Of a DNA stretch of 64,000 nucleotides, positions 1 through 11,642 are shown in pieces. Position numbers and translations under genes: made by a program. Below the pieces are notes generated by a model. That model was not told where the DNA came from. It worked only from the letters and a program-made list of their open reading frames with translations, and did no database searches. Numbering within the stretch: position 1 is the first letter of the stretch; every line of letters begins with the position of its first letter. This DNA comes from Escherichia coli (GTDB lineage: Bacteria > Pseudomonadota > Gammaproteobacteria > Enterobacterales > Enterobacteriaceae). The stretch lies in assembly GCF_003790525.1 (NCBI RefSeq), contig NZ_CP033635.1, one strand, 5' to 3'.

Positions 1-422
<422 letters not shown>

Positions 423-429
423 TGTAAAT

Positions 430-495
430 GCCGGATGAAGCGTTTATGCCGCATCCGGTAGTCCTGAATCGTGCGGGGGCAACCCCGCACACATC
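430..495. repeat. REP-like palindromic units downstream of glpK
   Basis: Inverted repeats ccggatg...catccgg and tgcggggg..ccccgca in the glpK-glpX intergenic region. Confidence 0.4.
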
Positions 496-556
496 AATAA
501 TCCCGCCCTTCCCCTGTGCTACACTTCGCGCCATTCCTTACTGCTTAGAGTTTGCT

Positions 557-1567
557 ATGAGACGAGAACTTGCCATCGAATTTTCCCGCGTCACCGAATC
601 TGCGGCGCTGGCTGGCTACAAATGGCTAGGACGCGGCGATAAAAACACCGCGGACGGCGCAGCGGTAAACGCCATGCGTATTATGCTCAACCAGGTCAAC
701 ATTGACGGCACCATCGTTATTGGTGAAGGTGAAATCGACGAAGCACCGATGCTCTACATTGGTGAAAAAGTCGGTACTGGTCGCGGCGACGCGGTAGATA
801 TTGCTGTTGATCCGATTGAAGGCACGCGCATGACGGCGATGGGCCAGGCTAACGCGCTGGCGGTGCTGGCTGTTGGCGATAAAGGCTGCTTCCTCAATGC
901 GCCAGATATGTATATGGAGAAGCTGATCGTCGGACCGGGAGCCAAAGGCACCATTGATCTGAACCTGCCGCTGGCGGATAACCTGCGCAATGTTGCGGCG
1001 GCGCTCGGTAAACCGTTGAGCGAACTGACGGTAACAATTCTGGCTAAACCACGCCACGATGCCGTTATCGCTGAAATGCAGCAACTCGGCGTACGCGTAT
1101 TTGCTATTCCGGACGGCGACGTTGCGGCCTCAATTCTCACCTGTATGCCAGACAGCGAAGTTGACGTGCTGTACGGTATTGGTGGCGCGCCGGAAGGCGT
1201 GGTTTCTGCAGCGGTGATCCGCGCATTAGATGGTGACATGAACGGTCGTCTGCTGGCGCGTCATGACGTCAAAGGCGACAACGAAGAGAATCGTCGCATT
1301 GGCGAGCAGGAGCTGGCACGCTGCAAAGCAATGGGCATCGAAGCCGGTAAAGTATTGCGTCTGGGCGATATGGCGCGCAGCGATAACGTCATCTTCTCTG
1401 CCACCGGTATTACCAAAGGCGATCTGCTGGAAGGCATTAGCCGCAAAGGCAATATCGCGACTACCGAAACGCTGCTGATCCGCGGCAAGTCACGCACTAT
1501 TCGCCGCATTCAGTCCATCCACTATCTGGATCGCAAAGACCCGGAAATGCAGGTGCACATTCTCTGA
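557..1567 (+). CDS. glpX: Fructose-1,6-bisphosphatase class II
   Basis: 336 aa from ATG 557 (MRRELAIEFSRVTESAALAGYKWLGRGDKN...); the ORF-track start at 428 is an upstream extension. Confidence 0.9.
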   Translation: MRRELAIEFSRVTESAALAGYKWLGRGDKNTADGAAVNAMRIMLNQVNIDGTIVIGEGEIDEAPMLYIGEKVGTGRGDAVDIAVDPIEGTRMTAMGQANALAVLAVGDKGCFLNAPDMYMEKLIVGPGAKGTIDLNLPLADNLRNVAAALGKPLSELTVTILAKPRHDAVIAEMQQLGVRVFAIPDGDVAASILTCMPDSEVDVLYGIGGAPEGVVSAAVIRALDGDMNGRLLARHDVKGDNEENRRIGEQELARCKAMGIEAGKVLRLGDMARSDNVIFSATGITKGDLLEGISRKGNIATTETLLIRGKSRTIRRIQSIHYLDRKDPEMQVHIL

Positions 1568-1588
1568 GTGATTTGATCGATTGAGCCT

Positions 1589-1617
1589 TCCAGTCCTTCG
1601 GGACTGGAATTTTTTTG
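1589..1617 (+). terminator. Rho-independent terminator after glpX
   Basis: Hairpin tccagtcc-ttcg-ggactgga followed by a T-run. Confidence 0.7.
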
Positions 1618-1663
1618 TTCGGAGAACGAAGATAAGGCAAGTCAATCAAAACAGGAGAAAAAC

Positions 1664-2410
1664 ATGGCTGATTGGGTAACAGGCAAAGTCACTAAAGTGC
1701 AGAACTGGACCGACGCCCTGTTTAGTCTCACCGTTCACGCCCCCGTGCTTCCGTTTACCGCCGGGCAATTTACCAAGCTTGGCCTTGAAATCGACGGTGA
1801 ACGCGTCCAGCGCGCCTACTCCTATGTTAACTCGCCCGATAATCCCGATCTGGAGTTTTACCTGGTCACCGTCCCCGATGGCAAATTAAGCCCACGATTG
1901 GCGGCACTGAAACCGGGCGATGAAGTGCAGGTGGTTAGCGAAGCAGCTGGCTTCTTTGTTCTGGATGAAGTACCAGATTGCGAAACGCTATGGATGCTGG
2001 CAACCGGTACAGCGATTGGCCCTTATCTATCGATTCTGCAACTGGGTAAAGATTTAGATCGCTTCAAAAATCTGGTCCTGGTTCACGCCGCACGTTATGC
2101 CGCCGACTTAAGCTATTTGCCACTGATGCAAGAACTGGAAAAACGCTACGAAGGCAAACTGCGCATTCAGACGGTGGTCAGTCGGGAAACGGCTGCGGGT
2201 TCGCTCACTGGGCGGATACCGGCGTTAATTGAAAGTGGTGAACTGGAAAGCGCGGTTGGCCTGCCGATGAATAAAGAAACCAGCCATGTGATGCTGTGCG
2301 GCAATCCACAGATGGTGCGCGATACGCAACAGTTGCTGAAAGAGACCCGGCAGATGACGAAACATTTACGTCGCCGACCGGGCCATATGACAGCGGAGCA
2401 TTACTGGTAA
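1664..2410 (+). CDS. fpr: Ferredoxin/flavodoxin-NADP+ reductase
   Basis: 248 aa, MADWVTGKVTKVQNWTDALFSLTVHAPV...; recognised as Fpr. Confidence 0.9.
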   Translation: MADWVTGKVTKVQNWTDALFSLTVHAPVLPFTAGQFTKLGLEIDGERVQRAYSYVNSPDNPDLEFYLVTVPDGKLSPRLAALKPGDEVQVVSEAAGFFVLDEVPDCETLWMLATGTAIGPYLSILQLGKDLDRFKNLVLVHAARYAADLSYLPLMQELEKRYEGKLRIQTVVSRETAAGSLTGRIPALIESGELESAVGLPMNKETSHVMLCGNPQMVRDTQQLLKETRQMTKHLRRRPGHMTAEHYW

Positions 2411-2414
2411 GCGG

Positions 2415-2843
2415 TTACTTATCGATAAACGGCACGATGAGCAAATCCGCACTCAACTTATTGATCATCCCGCGATATGCCGGCATCAAACGGTTGATAA
2501 ATGAGTGGTGATGACCACAGACAAGGAGGTCGCACTGCTCTTTTTGCATAATTTCCAGCAGTGTTTCCGGCATTTCTCCGCGTTCAATACGCAGTTTTGT
2601 CTTCGGCCATTGAATATTTTTCGTCAGTTTATACAGCTTGTTATCCGACTTATTCTTCAACAATTGAAGAATATCTTCTGTTGCAGGGAAGTAGATACCC
2701 GGATACAACTCGCTTAAGCCATCATCAATATGAATTAACGTCAGGTGAGCGTCATTATGTCTGGCGAGCTCCAGGGCTTTATTCACCAGTAAGGCATCTT
2801 CTTCATTCCCGGAAATTGCCACGCCAATGTGTTTATAAGCCAT
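2415..2843 (-). CDS. uspD: Universal stress protein D
   Basis: 142 aa, [42 protein letters not shown]...; Usp fold signature. Confidence 0.85.
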   Translation of the reverse strand: MAYKHIGVAISGNEEDALLVNKALELARHNDAHLTLIHIDDGLSELYPGIYFPATEDILQLLKNKSDNKLYKLTKNIQWPKTKLRIERGEMPETLLEIMQKEQCDLLVCGHHHSFINRLMPAYRGMINKLSADLLIVPFIDK

Positions 2844-2869
2844 GTTTAACTCCTTCTAAAGCAACTCCA

Positions 2870-3169
2870 TCAAGCTAACGAACGCAGTGATAACTCAAAA
2901 ATAATCATCTCGGCCTGGCATGAGAAGGTGAAGGCCGCATCAAGCTCAACTTGCCCTTCCAGATCCTTAATCTTATAGGCTACGCTGGCCCCTTCATCTG
3001 CAGAGGATGCAGCGGCGGCAAGCTCTTTCAGTTTGGTCATAAAGGACTCTGCTTCTTCGCGGGTGGCAAAAAAGCGCGAAAACTTACTGGTACAGTTGTC
3101 GTTATCAATCACCGTACCGATATCAATCGCACATCCTTTAGTACTGCATTTATCTACGACATCTTTCAT
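2870..3169 (-). CDS. yiiS: Conserved small protein YiiS (UPF0381)
   Basis: 99 aa ORF in the conserved position between uspD and yiiR. Confidence 0.8.
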   Translation of the reverse strand: MKDVVDKCSTKGCAIDIGTVIDNDNCTSKFSRFFATREEAESFMTKLKELAAAASSADEGASVAYKIKDLEGQVELDAAFTFSCQAEMIIFELSLRSLA

Positions 3170-3380
3170 AGGGCACCTCTGTATATTCGCCTCTCTGTCG
3201 ATTACGACTTAAGAATAATGCGCCGTTAAAGGAAGAACAAACAAGTAATGATCTTATGGATTACCATTTTTTTTGATATTGCTTAAGGTGAAGAGTTCAG
3301 AAGGATTTTCCGGGCATTGTCACTTGCATCGTGGAAATAACAATCCCGGAAAAAAATAGCAGTAAGAGATATATTAAAGG

Positions 3381-3821
3381 TTAATTACTTGATTTATTGT
3401 CGGCTTTATACTTCACATCCTGGGTATCTTTACCATATTTATTTTCGCCTTGTGTGCCAACAAACGCACCAAGATCGATAAGCATCATCACCAGAATCAA
3501 TGTCGGGACAAAACGCCCCACCGCCCATTGCCAGACACCCGGTAAAATCGCCCAGTTACCCGCCAGCAGCATCCACGCCACAATCATCAGAAATGCCCAT
3601 GCGCCGGAACGCCCGCGATCATGCAAGCGCTTAACGGTTACTGCCGCTGTTGGCCAAAGCAAGCACACAAGGCAAAACGCCGCGGTCTGAATATCGAGTA
3701 AATTTTTACCCGCCAGTGAGAAAAGCACCAGCATGCCTGCGAACCACAGGCCTATCCAAATCCAGAAATCACGGCGTCCAATACGCCCTTTAAATGAGAA
3801 TAACCATTGCTGTATGGTCAT
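3381..3821 (-). CDS. yiiR: Inner membrane protein YiiR (DUF805)
   Basis: 146 aa, several hydrophobic helices (MTIQQWLFSFKGRIGRRDFWIWIGLWFAGMLVLF...). Confidence 0.8.
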   Translation of the reverse strand: MTIQQWLFSFKGRIGRRDFWIWIGLWFAGMLVLFSLAGKNLLDIQTAAFCLVCLLWPTAAVTVKRLHDRGRSGAWAFLMIVAWMLLAGNWAILPGVWQWAVGRFVPTLILVMMLIDLGAFVGTQGENKYGKDTQDVKYKADNKSSN

Positions 3822-3921
3822 GTAAGTTCCTTGATGGTTGTCTTTTCCAGGATTCTACCCTTTTGACAAGGGCGACAGATATCGTTTTAATCGGAGCCAG
3901 TCATAACAAAAGGTACTGTCA

Positions 3922-4521
3922 ATGAAGCCAGGGTGTACGCTGTTTTTTCTCTTATATTCTGCATTAACCGTTACAACAACGGCGCATGCACAAACACCAG
4001 ATACGGCAACGACCGCGCCTTATCTGCTGGCTGGAGCCCCTACTTTCGATCTCTCCATCAGCCAGTTTCGAGAAGACTTTAACAGCCAGAATCCCAGCCT
4101 GCCACTGAACGAATTTCGTGCCATCGACAGCAGTCCCGACAAAGCCAATCTCACTCGTGCTGCCAGTAAAATTAACGAGAACTTGTATGCTTCTACAGCG
4201 CTGGAGCGCGGTACCTTAAAAATCAAAAGCATTCAAATGACCTGGCTACCCATCCAGGGGCCAGAGCAAAAAGCCGCGAAAGCGAAAGCTCAGGAATACA
4301 TGGCAGCGGTGATCCGCACACTCACCCCATTAATGACCAAAACACAAAGCCAGAAAAAACTGCAGTCGCTACTAACGGCGGGGAAAAACAAACGTTATTA
4401 CACCGAGACAGAAGGTGCACTGCGTTATGTTGTCGCGGACAACGGCGAAAAGGGGCTGACCTTCGCTGTTGAACCGATTAAGCTGGCACTATCTGAATCG
4501 CTTGAAGGTTTGAATAAATGA
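3922..4521 (+). CDS. yiiQ: Secreted protein YiiQ (DUF1454)
   Basis: 199 aa with N-terminal signal peptide (MKPGCTLFFLLYSALTVTTTAHA). Confidence 0.8.
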   Translation: MKPGCTLFFLLYSALTVTTTAHAQTPDTATTAPYLLAGAPTFDLSISQFREDFNSQNPSLPLNEFRAIDSSPDKANLTRAASKINENLYASTALERGTLKIKSIQMTWLPIQGPEQKAAKAKAQEYMAAVIRTLTPLMTKTQSQKKLQSLLTAGKNKRYYTETEGALRYVVADNGEKGLTFAVEPIKLALSESLEGLNK

Positions 4522-4628
4522 CAAAAAGCAAAGCCTTTGTGCCGATGAATCTCTATACTGTTTCACAGACCTGCTGCCCTGCGGGGCGGCCATCTTCCTT
4601 TATTCGCTTATAAGCGTGGAGAATTAAA

Positions 4629-5396
4629 ATGCGACATCCTTTAGTGATGGGTAACTGGAAACTGAACGGCAGCCGCCACATGGTTCACGAGCTGGTTTCT
4701 AACCTGCGTAAAGAGCTGGCAGGTGTTGCTGGCTGTGCGGTTGCAATCGCACCACCGGAAATGTACATCGATATGGCGAAGCGCGAAGCTGAAGGCAGCC
4801 ACATCATGCTGGGTGCGCAAAACGTGGACCTGAACCTGTCCGGCGCATTCACCGGTGAAACCTCTGCTGCTATGCTGAAAGACATCGGCGCACAGTACAT
4901 CATCATCGGCCACTCTGAACGTCGTACTTACCACAAAGAGTCTGACGAACTGATCGCGAAAAAATTCGCGGTGCTGAAAGAGCAGGGACTGACTCCGGTT
5001 CTGTGCATCGGTGAAACCGAAGCGGAAAACGAAGCGGGCAAAACTGAAGAAGTTTGTGCACGTCAGATCGACGCGGTACTGAAAACTCAGGGGGCTGCGG
5101 CATTCGAAGGTGCGGTTATCGCTTACGAACCTGTATGGGCAATCGGTACTGGCAAATCTGCAACTCCGGCTCAGGCACAGGCTGTTCACAAATTCATCCG
5201 TGACCACATCGCTAAAGTTGACGCTAACATCGCTGAACAAGTGATCATCCAGTACGGCGGCTCTGTAAACGCGTCTAACGCTGCAGAACTGTTTGCTCAG
5301 CCAGACATCGACGGCGCGCTGGTTGGCGGTGCTTCTCTGAAAGCTGACGCTTTCGCAGTGATCGTTAAAGCTGCAGAAGCGGCTAAACAGGCTTAA
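4629..5396 (+). CDS. tpiA: Triosephosphate isomerase
   Basis: 255 aa, [26 protein letters not shown]...[21 protein letters not shown]; classic TIM motifs. Confidence 0.95.
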
Positions 5397-5405
5397 GTCT
5401 GACAG

Positions 5406-5428
5406 GTGCCGGATTTCATATCCGGCAC
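5406..5428. terminator. Hairpin between convergent tpiA and cdh (likely bidirectional terminator)
   Basis: Perfect inverted repeat gtgccggat-ttca-tatccggcac. Confidence 0.6.
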
Positions 5429-5450
5429 TTACTTTCCTTAACTCCTCGCC

Positions 5451-6206
5451 TTAACGCAAAATCTCACACTGATGATCCTGGATTTCCTCGGCTGAAGCAC
5501 GGTTCAGCGTCAGTAGATTTCGTTGTGTCGCCAGCAATACAAATGAGTTATCACTCTGCCGTACCATTGCCAGCCCGTAGCTTCCCATATGTTCCCGCGC
5601 CTCAGGCACTTCTTCTGCAAGCATCATAAATGGGCTGCGTTGTACCAGTTCGCTTTCCGTTACCCGACGCGCCAGGTACTCATGCCCACGCAAACCACCT
5701 GGCAGTGGCAACCAGCGGCTACTGATGTTCGCCAGATTGTTATCCAGCTGTTCGCGCACATCAGGACGAATACAAGAAATATGAATATGAAAATGGTTTT
5801 GCGTACGCCCGGTGCGAGAGTTGATCGCCAAAGAAACCGCGCGATCGGGAACCGGCTGGCCGTATTTTTTGCTCATAAAATCACGCGCCTGCCAGGCCAA
5901 CCAAAAGAAGTTCGGCGTTGAAGGATCGGTCAACAAAGGACTTTCAGTACCGTTAATACGATACGTTGGCATCAACAGATATTGCAGTGGGCCATTAAGA
6001 TCTTTTAAAACCACGTATCCGGCGTTGGGTTTGACTTCCGCACATGGCGAAGGATTTTGATTTTGCTGCTGATTGGGCAAACATTCCTCAAGGACAATCT
6101 TACGTAATGTATCCGACTCTTCACCGGTTAATTTCCAGTAACCAATACCGGCAGCCACAACGGCGATAACTATCATCACCAAAAAAAGAAGACCCGCTTT
6201 TTTCAT
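5451..6206 (-). CDS. cdh: CDP-diacylglycerol pyrophosphatase
   Basis: 251 aa from [24 protein letters not shown]...; ORF-track start at 6398 is an upstream extension. Confidence 0.85.
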   Translation of the reverse strand: MKKAGLLFLVMIVIAVVAAGIGYWKLTGEESDTLRKIVLEECLPNQQQNQNPSPCAEVKPNAGYVVLKDLNGPLQYLLMPTYRINGTESPLLTDPSTPNFFWLAWQARDFMSKKYGQPVPDRAVSLAINSRTGRTQNHFHIHISCIRPDVREQLDNNLANISSRWLPLPGGLRGHEYLARRVTESELVQRSPFMMLAEEVPEAREHMGSYGLAMVRQSDNSFVLLATQRNLLTLNRASAEEIQDHQCEILR

Positions 6207-6261
6207 CTTTTTTTCCCTGTACCTCAAAGAGATGCAAGGGTAACGCAAAATCGTGACAAAT

Positions 6262-6292
6262 AAAAAACCCGGTCGCGAGAAACCACCGGGTT
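6262..6292 (-). terminator. Rho-independent terminator after sbp
   Basis: Minus-strand hairpin aacccggtggtttctcgcgaccgggtt followed by a T-run. Confidence 0.6.
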
Positions 6293-6312
6293 TGATAATT
6301 ATCCTGGAGAAA

Positions 6313-7302
6313 TCAGCGTTTGCTGATCTGATCGAACGTACCGCCGTTAGCAAAATGCTCTTTTTGCGCTTTCGTCCAGCCGCCGAACTCTTCATCAATG
6401 GTGAATAACTTCAGCTTTGGAAACGCATTTTCGTACTTTTTCGCCACCTCAGCATCGCGCGGACGGTAGTAGTTTTTCGCGGCAATTTCCTGACCTTCTG
6501 GCGAGTAGAGATATTTCAGGTAGGCTTCCGCCACCTCTTTGGTGCCTTTTTTCTCGACCACTTTATCGACCACCGACACGGTTGGCTCTGCGAGGATAGA
6601 CTCACTCGGCGTGACGATTTCGAATTTATCTTTCCCCAGTTCATTCGCTGCCAGCAGAGCTTCGTTTTCCCAGGCGATCAGTACATCGCCAATTCCGCGC
6701 TCGACAAAAGTGTTAGTGGAGCCGCGCGCGCCAGAATCCAGAACTTCGACGTTTTTATACAGTGCCCGAACAAAATCCTGTGCTTTTGCCTGATCGTTGT
6801 TGTTGTGATGCAGCGCGTAGCCCCAGGCAGCCAGGTAGTTCCAGCGCGCGCCACCAGAGCTTTTCGGATTAGGCGTGATCACCGAAACACCCGGTTTAAT
6901 CAGATCGTTCCAGTCATGGATCTGCTTCGGATTGCCCTTACGTACCAGGAAAACAATGGTGGAAGTGTACGGTGCGGAGTTATCCGGCAGACGTTTGATC
7001 CACTCTTTATCAATCCGCCCGCGTTCCGCAATTGCGTCCACGTCATAGGCCAGAGCCAGAGTGACAACATCAGCTTCAATACCATTGATTACCGACGTCG
7101 CTTGTTTGCCTGAACCACCGTGGGACTGACGGATCACCACGTTATCGCCAGTTTGCTGTTTCCAGTGGGCGCTGAATGCCTTGTTGTACTGTTCGTACAA
7201 TTCGCGCGTTGGATCATATGAAACGTTAAGAAGCTGAATATCCTTTGCCATAACGCTGGTTGCCGCCAGCAAAAATGTTAACCCTACGCCCCACTTGTTC
7301 AT
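6313..7302 (-). CDS. sbp: Periplasmic sulfate-binding protein
   Basis: 329 aa with signal peptide ([19 protein letters not shown]). Confidence 0.9.
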
Positions 7303-7439
7303 CGCCCGACTCTCTTATGTTGTGTTGTGATGAGCAAAGCGTGCCAGAAGGTTAACCAAACATTAAAGAATAAAAAAAGATTGGCTATAACTTGCGGGTA
7401 TATGTTGAGGGATTAAAAAGGCGGAAGAAATCCGCCTCA

Positions 7440-7570
7440 TATTGCTGACAAAGTGCGCTTTGTCCATGCCGGATGCGGCGCGAACGCCTTATCCGGCCTA
7501 CAAAAGTTTGCAAATTCAATAAATTGCAGAATTCATGTAGGCCTGATAAGCGAAGCGCATCAGGCATTTT
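7440..7570. repeat. REP/BIME elements between sbp and pfkA
   Basis: Copies of the REP consensus gccggatgcggcgcgaacgccttatccggcctac and the inverted copy gtaggcctgataagcgaagcgcatcaggc. Confidence 0.75.
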
Positions 7571-7621
7571 TGCTTCTGTCATCGGTTTCAGGCTAAAGGA
7601 ATCTGCCTTTTTCCGAAATCA

Positions 7622-8584
7622 TTAATACAGTTTTTTCGCGCAGTCCAGCCAGTCGCCTTTGAACGGACGCTTCATGTTTTCGATAGCGTCGATGATGTCG
7701 TGGTGAACCAGCTGTTCGTTCTGGATACCTACGCAACGACCGCCGTAGCCTGCCAGCAGCAGATCGATAGCGTAAGCGCCCATACGGGAAGCCAGAATAC
7801 GGTCGTAAGGCACCGGAGAACCACCGCGCTGGATGTGGCCCAGCACAGTTGCGCGGGTTTCACGACCGGTTTCTTTCTCGATGAAATGCGCCAGTTCGTC
7901 AACATCACACATATGTTCGGTAATCGCCACGATCGCGTGTTTTTTACCTTTCGCGATACCCGCTTTGATTTCGTTTACCAGGTCTTCACGGCTGAATTCA
8001 ACTTCCGGAACTACAACGAATTCACAGCCACCAGCAATAGCCGCAGCCAACGTCAGATCGCCACAATAACGACCCATCACTTCCACCACGGAAATACGCT
8101 GGTGAGAAGAAGAGGTGTCACGCAGACGGTCGATCGCTTCTACAACGGTGCTCAGCGCAGTGAAGAAACCGATAGTGTAGTCAGTGCCTTTGATGTCGTT
8201 GTCGATAGTGCCCGGCAGGCCGATGCACGGGAAGCCCATTTCGGTCAGACGCATTGCACCCATGTAGGAACCGTCACCGCCGATAACCACCAGCGCATCG
8301 ATCCCACGTTTTTTCAGGTTTTCGATAGCCACGGCGCGGATGTTCTCGTCGCGGAATTCCGGGAAACGCGCAGAACCGAGGAACGTACCGCCACGGTTGA
8401 TCATGTCAGAAACGCTGTAACGGTCTAGCTGTACCATACGGTCTTCATACAGACCCAGATAGCCGTCATAAATGCCCATTACTTCCAGACCTTCTGTCAG
8501 CGCAGAACGAACAACCCCGCGAATTGCGGCGTTCATGCCTGGCGCATCACCGCCGCTTGTCAACACACCGATTTTCTTAATCAT
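7622..8584 (-). CDS. pfkA: 6-phosphofructokinase I
   Basis: 320 aa from [26 protein letters not shown]...; ORF-track start at 8680 is an extension. Confidence 0.95.
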
Positions 8585-8764
8585 GACTACCTCTGAACTT
8601 TGGAATGCAAAATGAAATCTGTTGCCGGAAGTCTTCTTGCACATCGAAGTGATCCAACGAATGTGCAAATAGTATAACAATCACTTCCTGCTGAATTGAT
8701 TCAGGTCAGGCCAAATGGCGGTATTTTATACACAAAATGCGGGTCTGGCTCTCTTTTATACTGA

Positions 8765-9667
8765 TTATGAAAGCATAGACCGTTTACCCTCCCTGGGTAC
8801 GACGGAACAGGGGTCCTGATGGATAATCACATCCGATCCCGGAAAACGCCGTAAAATAGCCTGCTCTACCTGATCCGCCACCATATGTGCCTGAACCAAA
8901 GGCAGAGAGTCTTCCATTTCCAAATGAATCTGAATAAAGCGGGTCGGCCCTGACTGCCGCGTGCGAAGATCGTGAGCGCCGCTAACACCCGGCCAGGAAG
9001 TCACGATATCAATAATTTCTTGCCGTTCTTCATCAGGCAATGCGCGATCCAGTAATGACTGTACCGCCTCATATCCCATGCGTAACGCGCTATATAAAAT
9101 ATAGATGCCGATTCCCAATGCAAACAGAGCATCGGCGCGATGCCAGCCGTACCAGGACAACCCCAGCGCCAGCAGAATTGCGCCGTTCATCATAACATCA
9201 GACTGGTAATGTAGCATATCAGCCCGCACCGCCTGGCTTTGCGTCCGGCGCACCACCCACCGCTGAAACGAGACAAGGATAATCGTACAAATTAGCGCCA
9301 CAATTGTCACGATAACCCCGACGCCTGGATCTGTCATCGGTGTTGGAGATACCAGATGTTGAATACCCGTCAAAAACAGGAATAGTGCCGAACCGGAGAT
9401 AAACATACTTTGCGCCAGCGCCGCGAGGGACTCAGCTTTACCGTGACCAAACGAGTGATTATCGTCGGCAGGTTGCAGGGAATATCGCACCACCAGTAAA
9501 TTCGTCAACGACGCGCCGATATCCACCAGCGAATCCACCAGCGCGGCGAGAATACTCACCGACCCGGTATACCACCATGCAAAAATTTTAATCAGCAATA
9601 GCAGCGAAGCCATCGCCGTCGCAGCAATCGCCGCCCGACTGACCAGCCGTCCATAAGATTGATTCAT
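8765..9667 (-). CDS. fieF: Cation-efflux (Fe/Zn) transporter, CDF family
   Basis: 300 aa from [32 protein letters not shown]...; CDF membrane domain plus C-terminal cytoplasmic domain. Confidence 0.9.
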   Translation of the reverse strand: MNQSYGRLVSRAAIAATAMASLLLLIKIFAWWYTGSVSILAALVDSLVDIGASLTNLLVVRYSLQPADDNHSFGHGKAESLAALAQSMFISGSALFLFLTGIQHLVSPTPMTDPGVGVIVTIVALICTIILVSFQRWVVRRTQSQAVRADMLHYQSDVMMNGAILLALGLSWYGWHRADALFALGIGIYILYSALRMGYEAVQSLLDRALPDEERQEIIDIVTSWPGVSGAHDLRTRQSGPTRFIQIHLEMEDSLPLVQAHMVADQVEQAILRRFPGSDVIIHQDPCSVVPREGKRSMLS

Positions 9668-9745
9668 AAATACTCCCGCTATCAACTGACGGTAGTATAA
9701 CGGAAGCAAATCATCTGCAATGCATTAAGCAGCAAGCAAATTGAG

Positions 9746-9792
9746 GATAAAAAAAACCCCCACATCATGTGGGGGAAGACAGGGATGGTGTC
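9746..9792. repeat. attL core (prophage-left copy of the cpxP-terminator repeat)
   Basis: gataaaaaaaacccccacatcatgtgggggaagacagggatggtgtc, identical over 47 bp to 44747..44793. Confidence 0.85.
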
Positions 9793-9840
9793 ACAAAAAA
9801 TCACCTAACCTACTGATATAAATGGATTTATATAAACCAC

Positions 9841-9860
9841 TGTCCACATAGCGTCCACAT
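9841..9860. promoter_or_regulatory. Putative integrase arm-type binding sites (tandem TGTCCACA repeats), left arm
   Basis: tgtccacatagcgtccacat; the same tandem motif recurs at 44646..44664 beside int. TGTCCACA is the reverse complement of the P2 Int arm consensus as recalled. Confidence 0.5.
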
Positions 9861-9891
9861 CGACCATAAATAAAGCCCCTCAACTGAGGGG

Positions 9892-11317
9892 TAATGCCGA
9901 TCAGTTAAGGATCAGTTGACCGATCCAGTGGCTGTGTAAGAATCCGGAAACGCTCACTTGTTTCCGGATTTTTTTATGCACATTGGACAGGCTCTTGATC
10001 TGGTATCCCGTTACGATTCTCTGCGTAACCCACTGACTTCTCTGGGGGATTACCTCGACCCCGAACTCATCTCTCGTTGCCTTGCCGAATCAGGTACTGT
10101 AACGCTACGCAAGCGCCGTCTTCCCCTCGAAATGATGGTCTGGTGTATTGTTGGCATGGCGCTTGAGCGTAAAGAACCTCTTCACCAGATTGTGAATCGC
10201 CTGGACATCATGCTGCCGGGCAATCGCCCCTTCGTTGCCCCCAGTGCCGTTATTCAGGCCCGCCAGCGCCTGGGAAGTGAGGCTGTCCGCCGCGTGTTCA
10301 CGAAAACAGCGCAGCTCTGGCATAACGCCACGCCGCATCCGCACTGGTGCGGCCTGACCCTGCTGGCCATCGATGGTGTGTTCTGGCGCACACCGGATAC
10401 ACCAGAGAACGATGCAGCCTTCCCCCGCCAGACACATGCCGGGAACCCGGCGCTCTACCCGCAGGTCAAAATGGTCTGCCAGATGGAACTGACCAGCCAT
10501 CTGCTGACGGCTGCAGCCTTCGGCACGATGAAGAACAGCGAAAATGAGCTTGCTGAGCAACTTATAGAACAAACCGGCGATAACACTCTGACGTTAATGG
10601 ATAAAGGTTATTACTCACTGGGACTGTTAAATGCCTGGAGCCTGGCGGGAGAACACCGCCACTGGATGATACCTCTCAGAAAGGGAGCGCAATATGAAGA
10701 GATCAGAAAACTGGGTAAAGGCGATCATCTGGTGAAGCTGAAAACCAGCCCGCAGGCACGAAAAAAGTGGCCGGGACTGGGAAATGAAGTGACAGCCCGC
10801 CTGCTGACCGTGACGCGCAAAGGAAAAGTCTGCCATCTGCTGACGTCGATGACGGACGCCATGCGCTTCCCCGGAGGAGAAATGGCGGATCTGTACAGTC
10901 ATCGCTGGGAAATCGAACTGGGATACAGGGAGATAAAACAGACGATGCAACTGAGCAGGCTGACGCTGAGAAGTAAAAAACCGGAGCTTGTGGAGCAAGA
11001 GCTGTGGGGTGTCTTACTGGCTTATAATCTGGTGAGATATCAGATGATTAAAATGGCGGAATATCTGAAAGGTTACTGGCCGAATCAACTGAGTTTCTCA
11101 GAATCATGTGGAATGGTGATGAGAATGCTGATGACATTGCAGGGCGCTTCACCGGGACGTATACCGGAGCTGATGCGCGATCTTGCAAGTATGGGACAAC
11201 TTGTGAAATTACCGACAAGAAGGGAAAGGGCCTTCCCGAGAGTGGTAAAGGAGAGGCCCTGGAAATACCCCACAGCCCCGAAAAAGAGCCAGTCAGTTGC
11301 TTAACTGACTGGCATTA
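9892..11317 (+). mobile_element. IS4 insertion sequence (1426 bp)
   Basis: Terminal inverted repeats taatgccgatcagttaagg / ccttaactgactggcatta (imperfect); flanked by a 13-bp direct duplication ctcaactgagggg at 9879..9891 and 11318..11330; single transposase ORF. Confidence 0.9.
9976..11304 (+). CDS. insG: IS4 transposase (DDE family)
   Basis: 442 aa from ATG 9976 ([40 protein letters not shown]...); ORF-track start at 9958 is a TTG extension. Confidence 0.9.
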   Translation: MHIGQALDLVSRYDSLRNPLTSLGDYLDPELISRCLAESGTVTLRKRRLPLEMMVWCIVGMALERKEPLHQIVNRLDIMLPGNRPFVAPSAVIQARQRLGSEAVRRVFTKTAQLWHNATPHPHWCGLTLLAIDGVFWRTPDTPENDAAFPRQTHAGNPALYPQVKMVCQMELTSHLLTAAAFGTMKNSENELAEQLIEQTGDNTLTLMDKGYYSLGLLNAWSLAGEHRHWMIPLRKGAQYEEIRKLGKGDHLVKLKTSPQARKKWPGLGNEVTARLLTVTRKGKVCHLLTSMTDAMRFPGGEMADLYSHRWEIELGYREIKQTMQLSRLTLRSKKPELVEQELWGVLLAYNLVRYQMIKMAEYLKGYWPNQLSFSESCGMVMRMLMTLQGASPGRIPELMRDLASMGQLVKLPTRRERAFPRVVKERPWKYPTAPKKSQSVA

Positions 11318-11342
11318 CTCAACTGAGGGGCTATTTTTGTGA

Positions 11343-11561
11343 TCACATCCACATAATTTGCTGCCCTGACGGCAACGGGTGCGGCCTCACGGCGTGGACT
11401 TCTCCCGGCTTCACGATGTATCTCTGTACCGACTCATAAGTGATGAACGTGGCGCTGCAATTCACGTTCTGGCACTGGTGATAACGCTCTTTTGTCGTGT
11501 CAGTGATATAGCGGCTTGTACGCGCATGTGCGGCATGCTGGCATAAAGGACAATGAAACAT
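11343..11561 (-). CDS. ogr: Late-gene transcription activator Ogr (zinc finger)
   Basis: 72 aa, MFHCPLCQHAAHARTSRYITDTTKERYHQCQNVNCSATF...; four-Cys zinc finger; P2 Ogr length. Confidence 0.9.
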   Translation of the reverse strand: MFHCPLCQHAAHARTSRYITDTTKERYHQCQNVNCSATFITYESVQRYIVKPGEVHAVRPHPLPSGQQIMWM

Positions 11562-11642
11562 CGCGAGCACCTCTTCCGGTTTTGTTGATAGTGCCATTTT
11601 AGTTAAATTATCATTATAAAACAAAAAGATAAACAAAAGACA

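Noticed and set aside
428-556. N-terminal extensions in the ORF track (glpX from 428, cdh from 6398, pfkA from 8680, IS4 tnp from 9958, P from 31641, int from 43621, frvA from 59427 and others)
   Set aside because: The track opens at the first in-frame ATG/GTG/TTG after a stop; the recognised protein N-termini and RBS positions support the shorter starts used here.
7700-8428. 242-aa plus-strand ORF inside pfkA
   Set aside because: Antisense shadow ORF within a well-supported gene; no independent start or RBS signals.
9746-9792. att-core hairpin repeats as a possible CRISPR or tandem-repeat array
   Set aside because: Only two copies, 35 kb apart, bounding a prophage; no repeat-spacer periodicity anywhere in the window.
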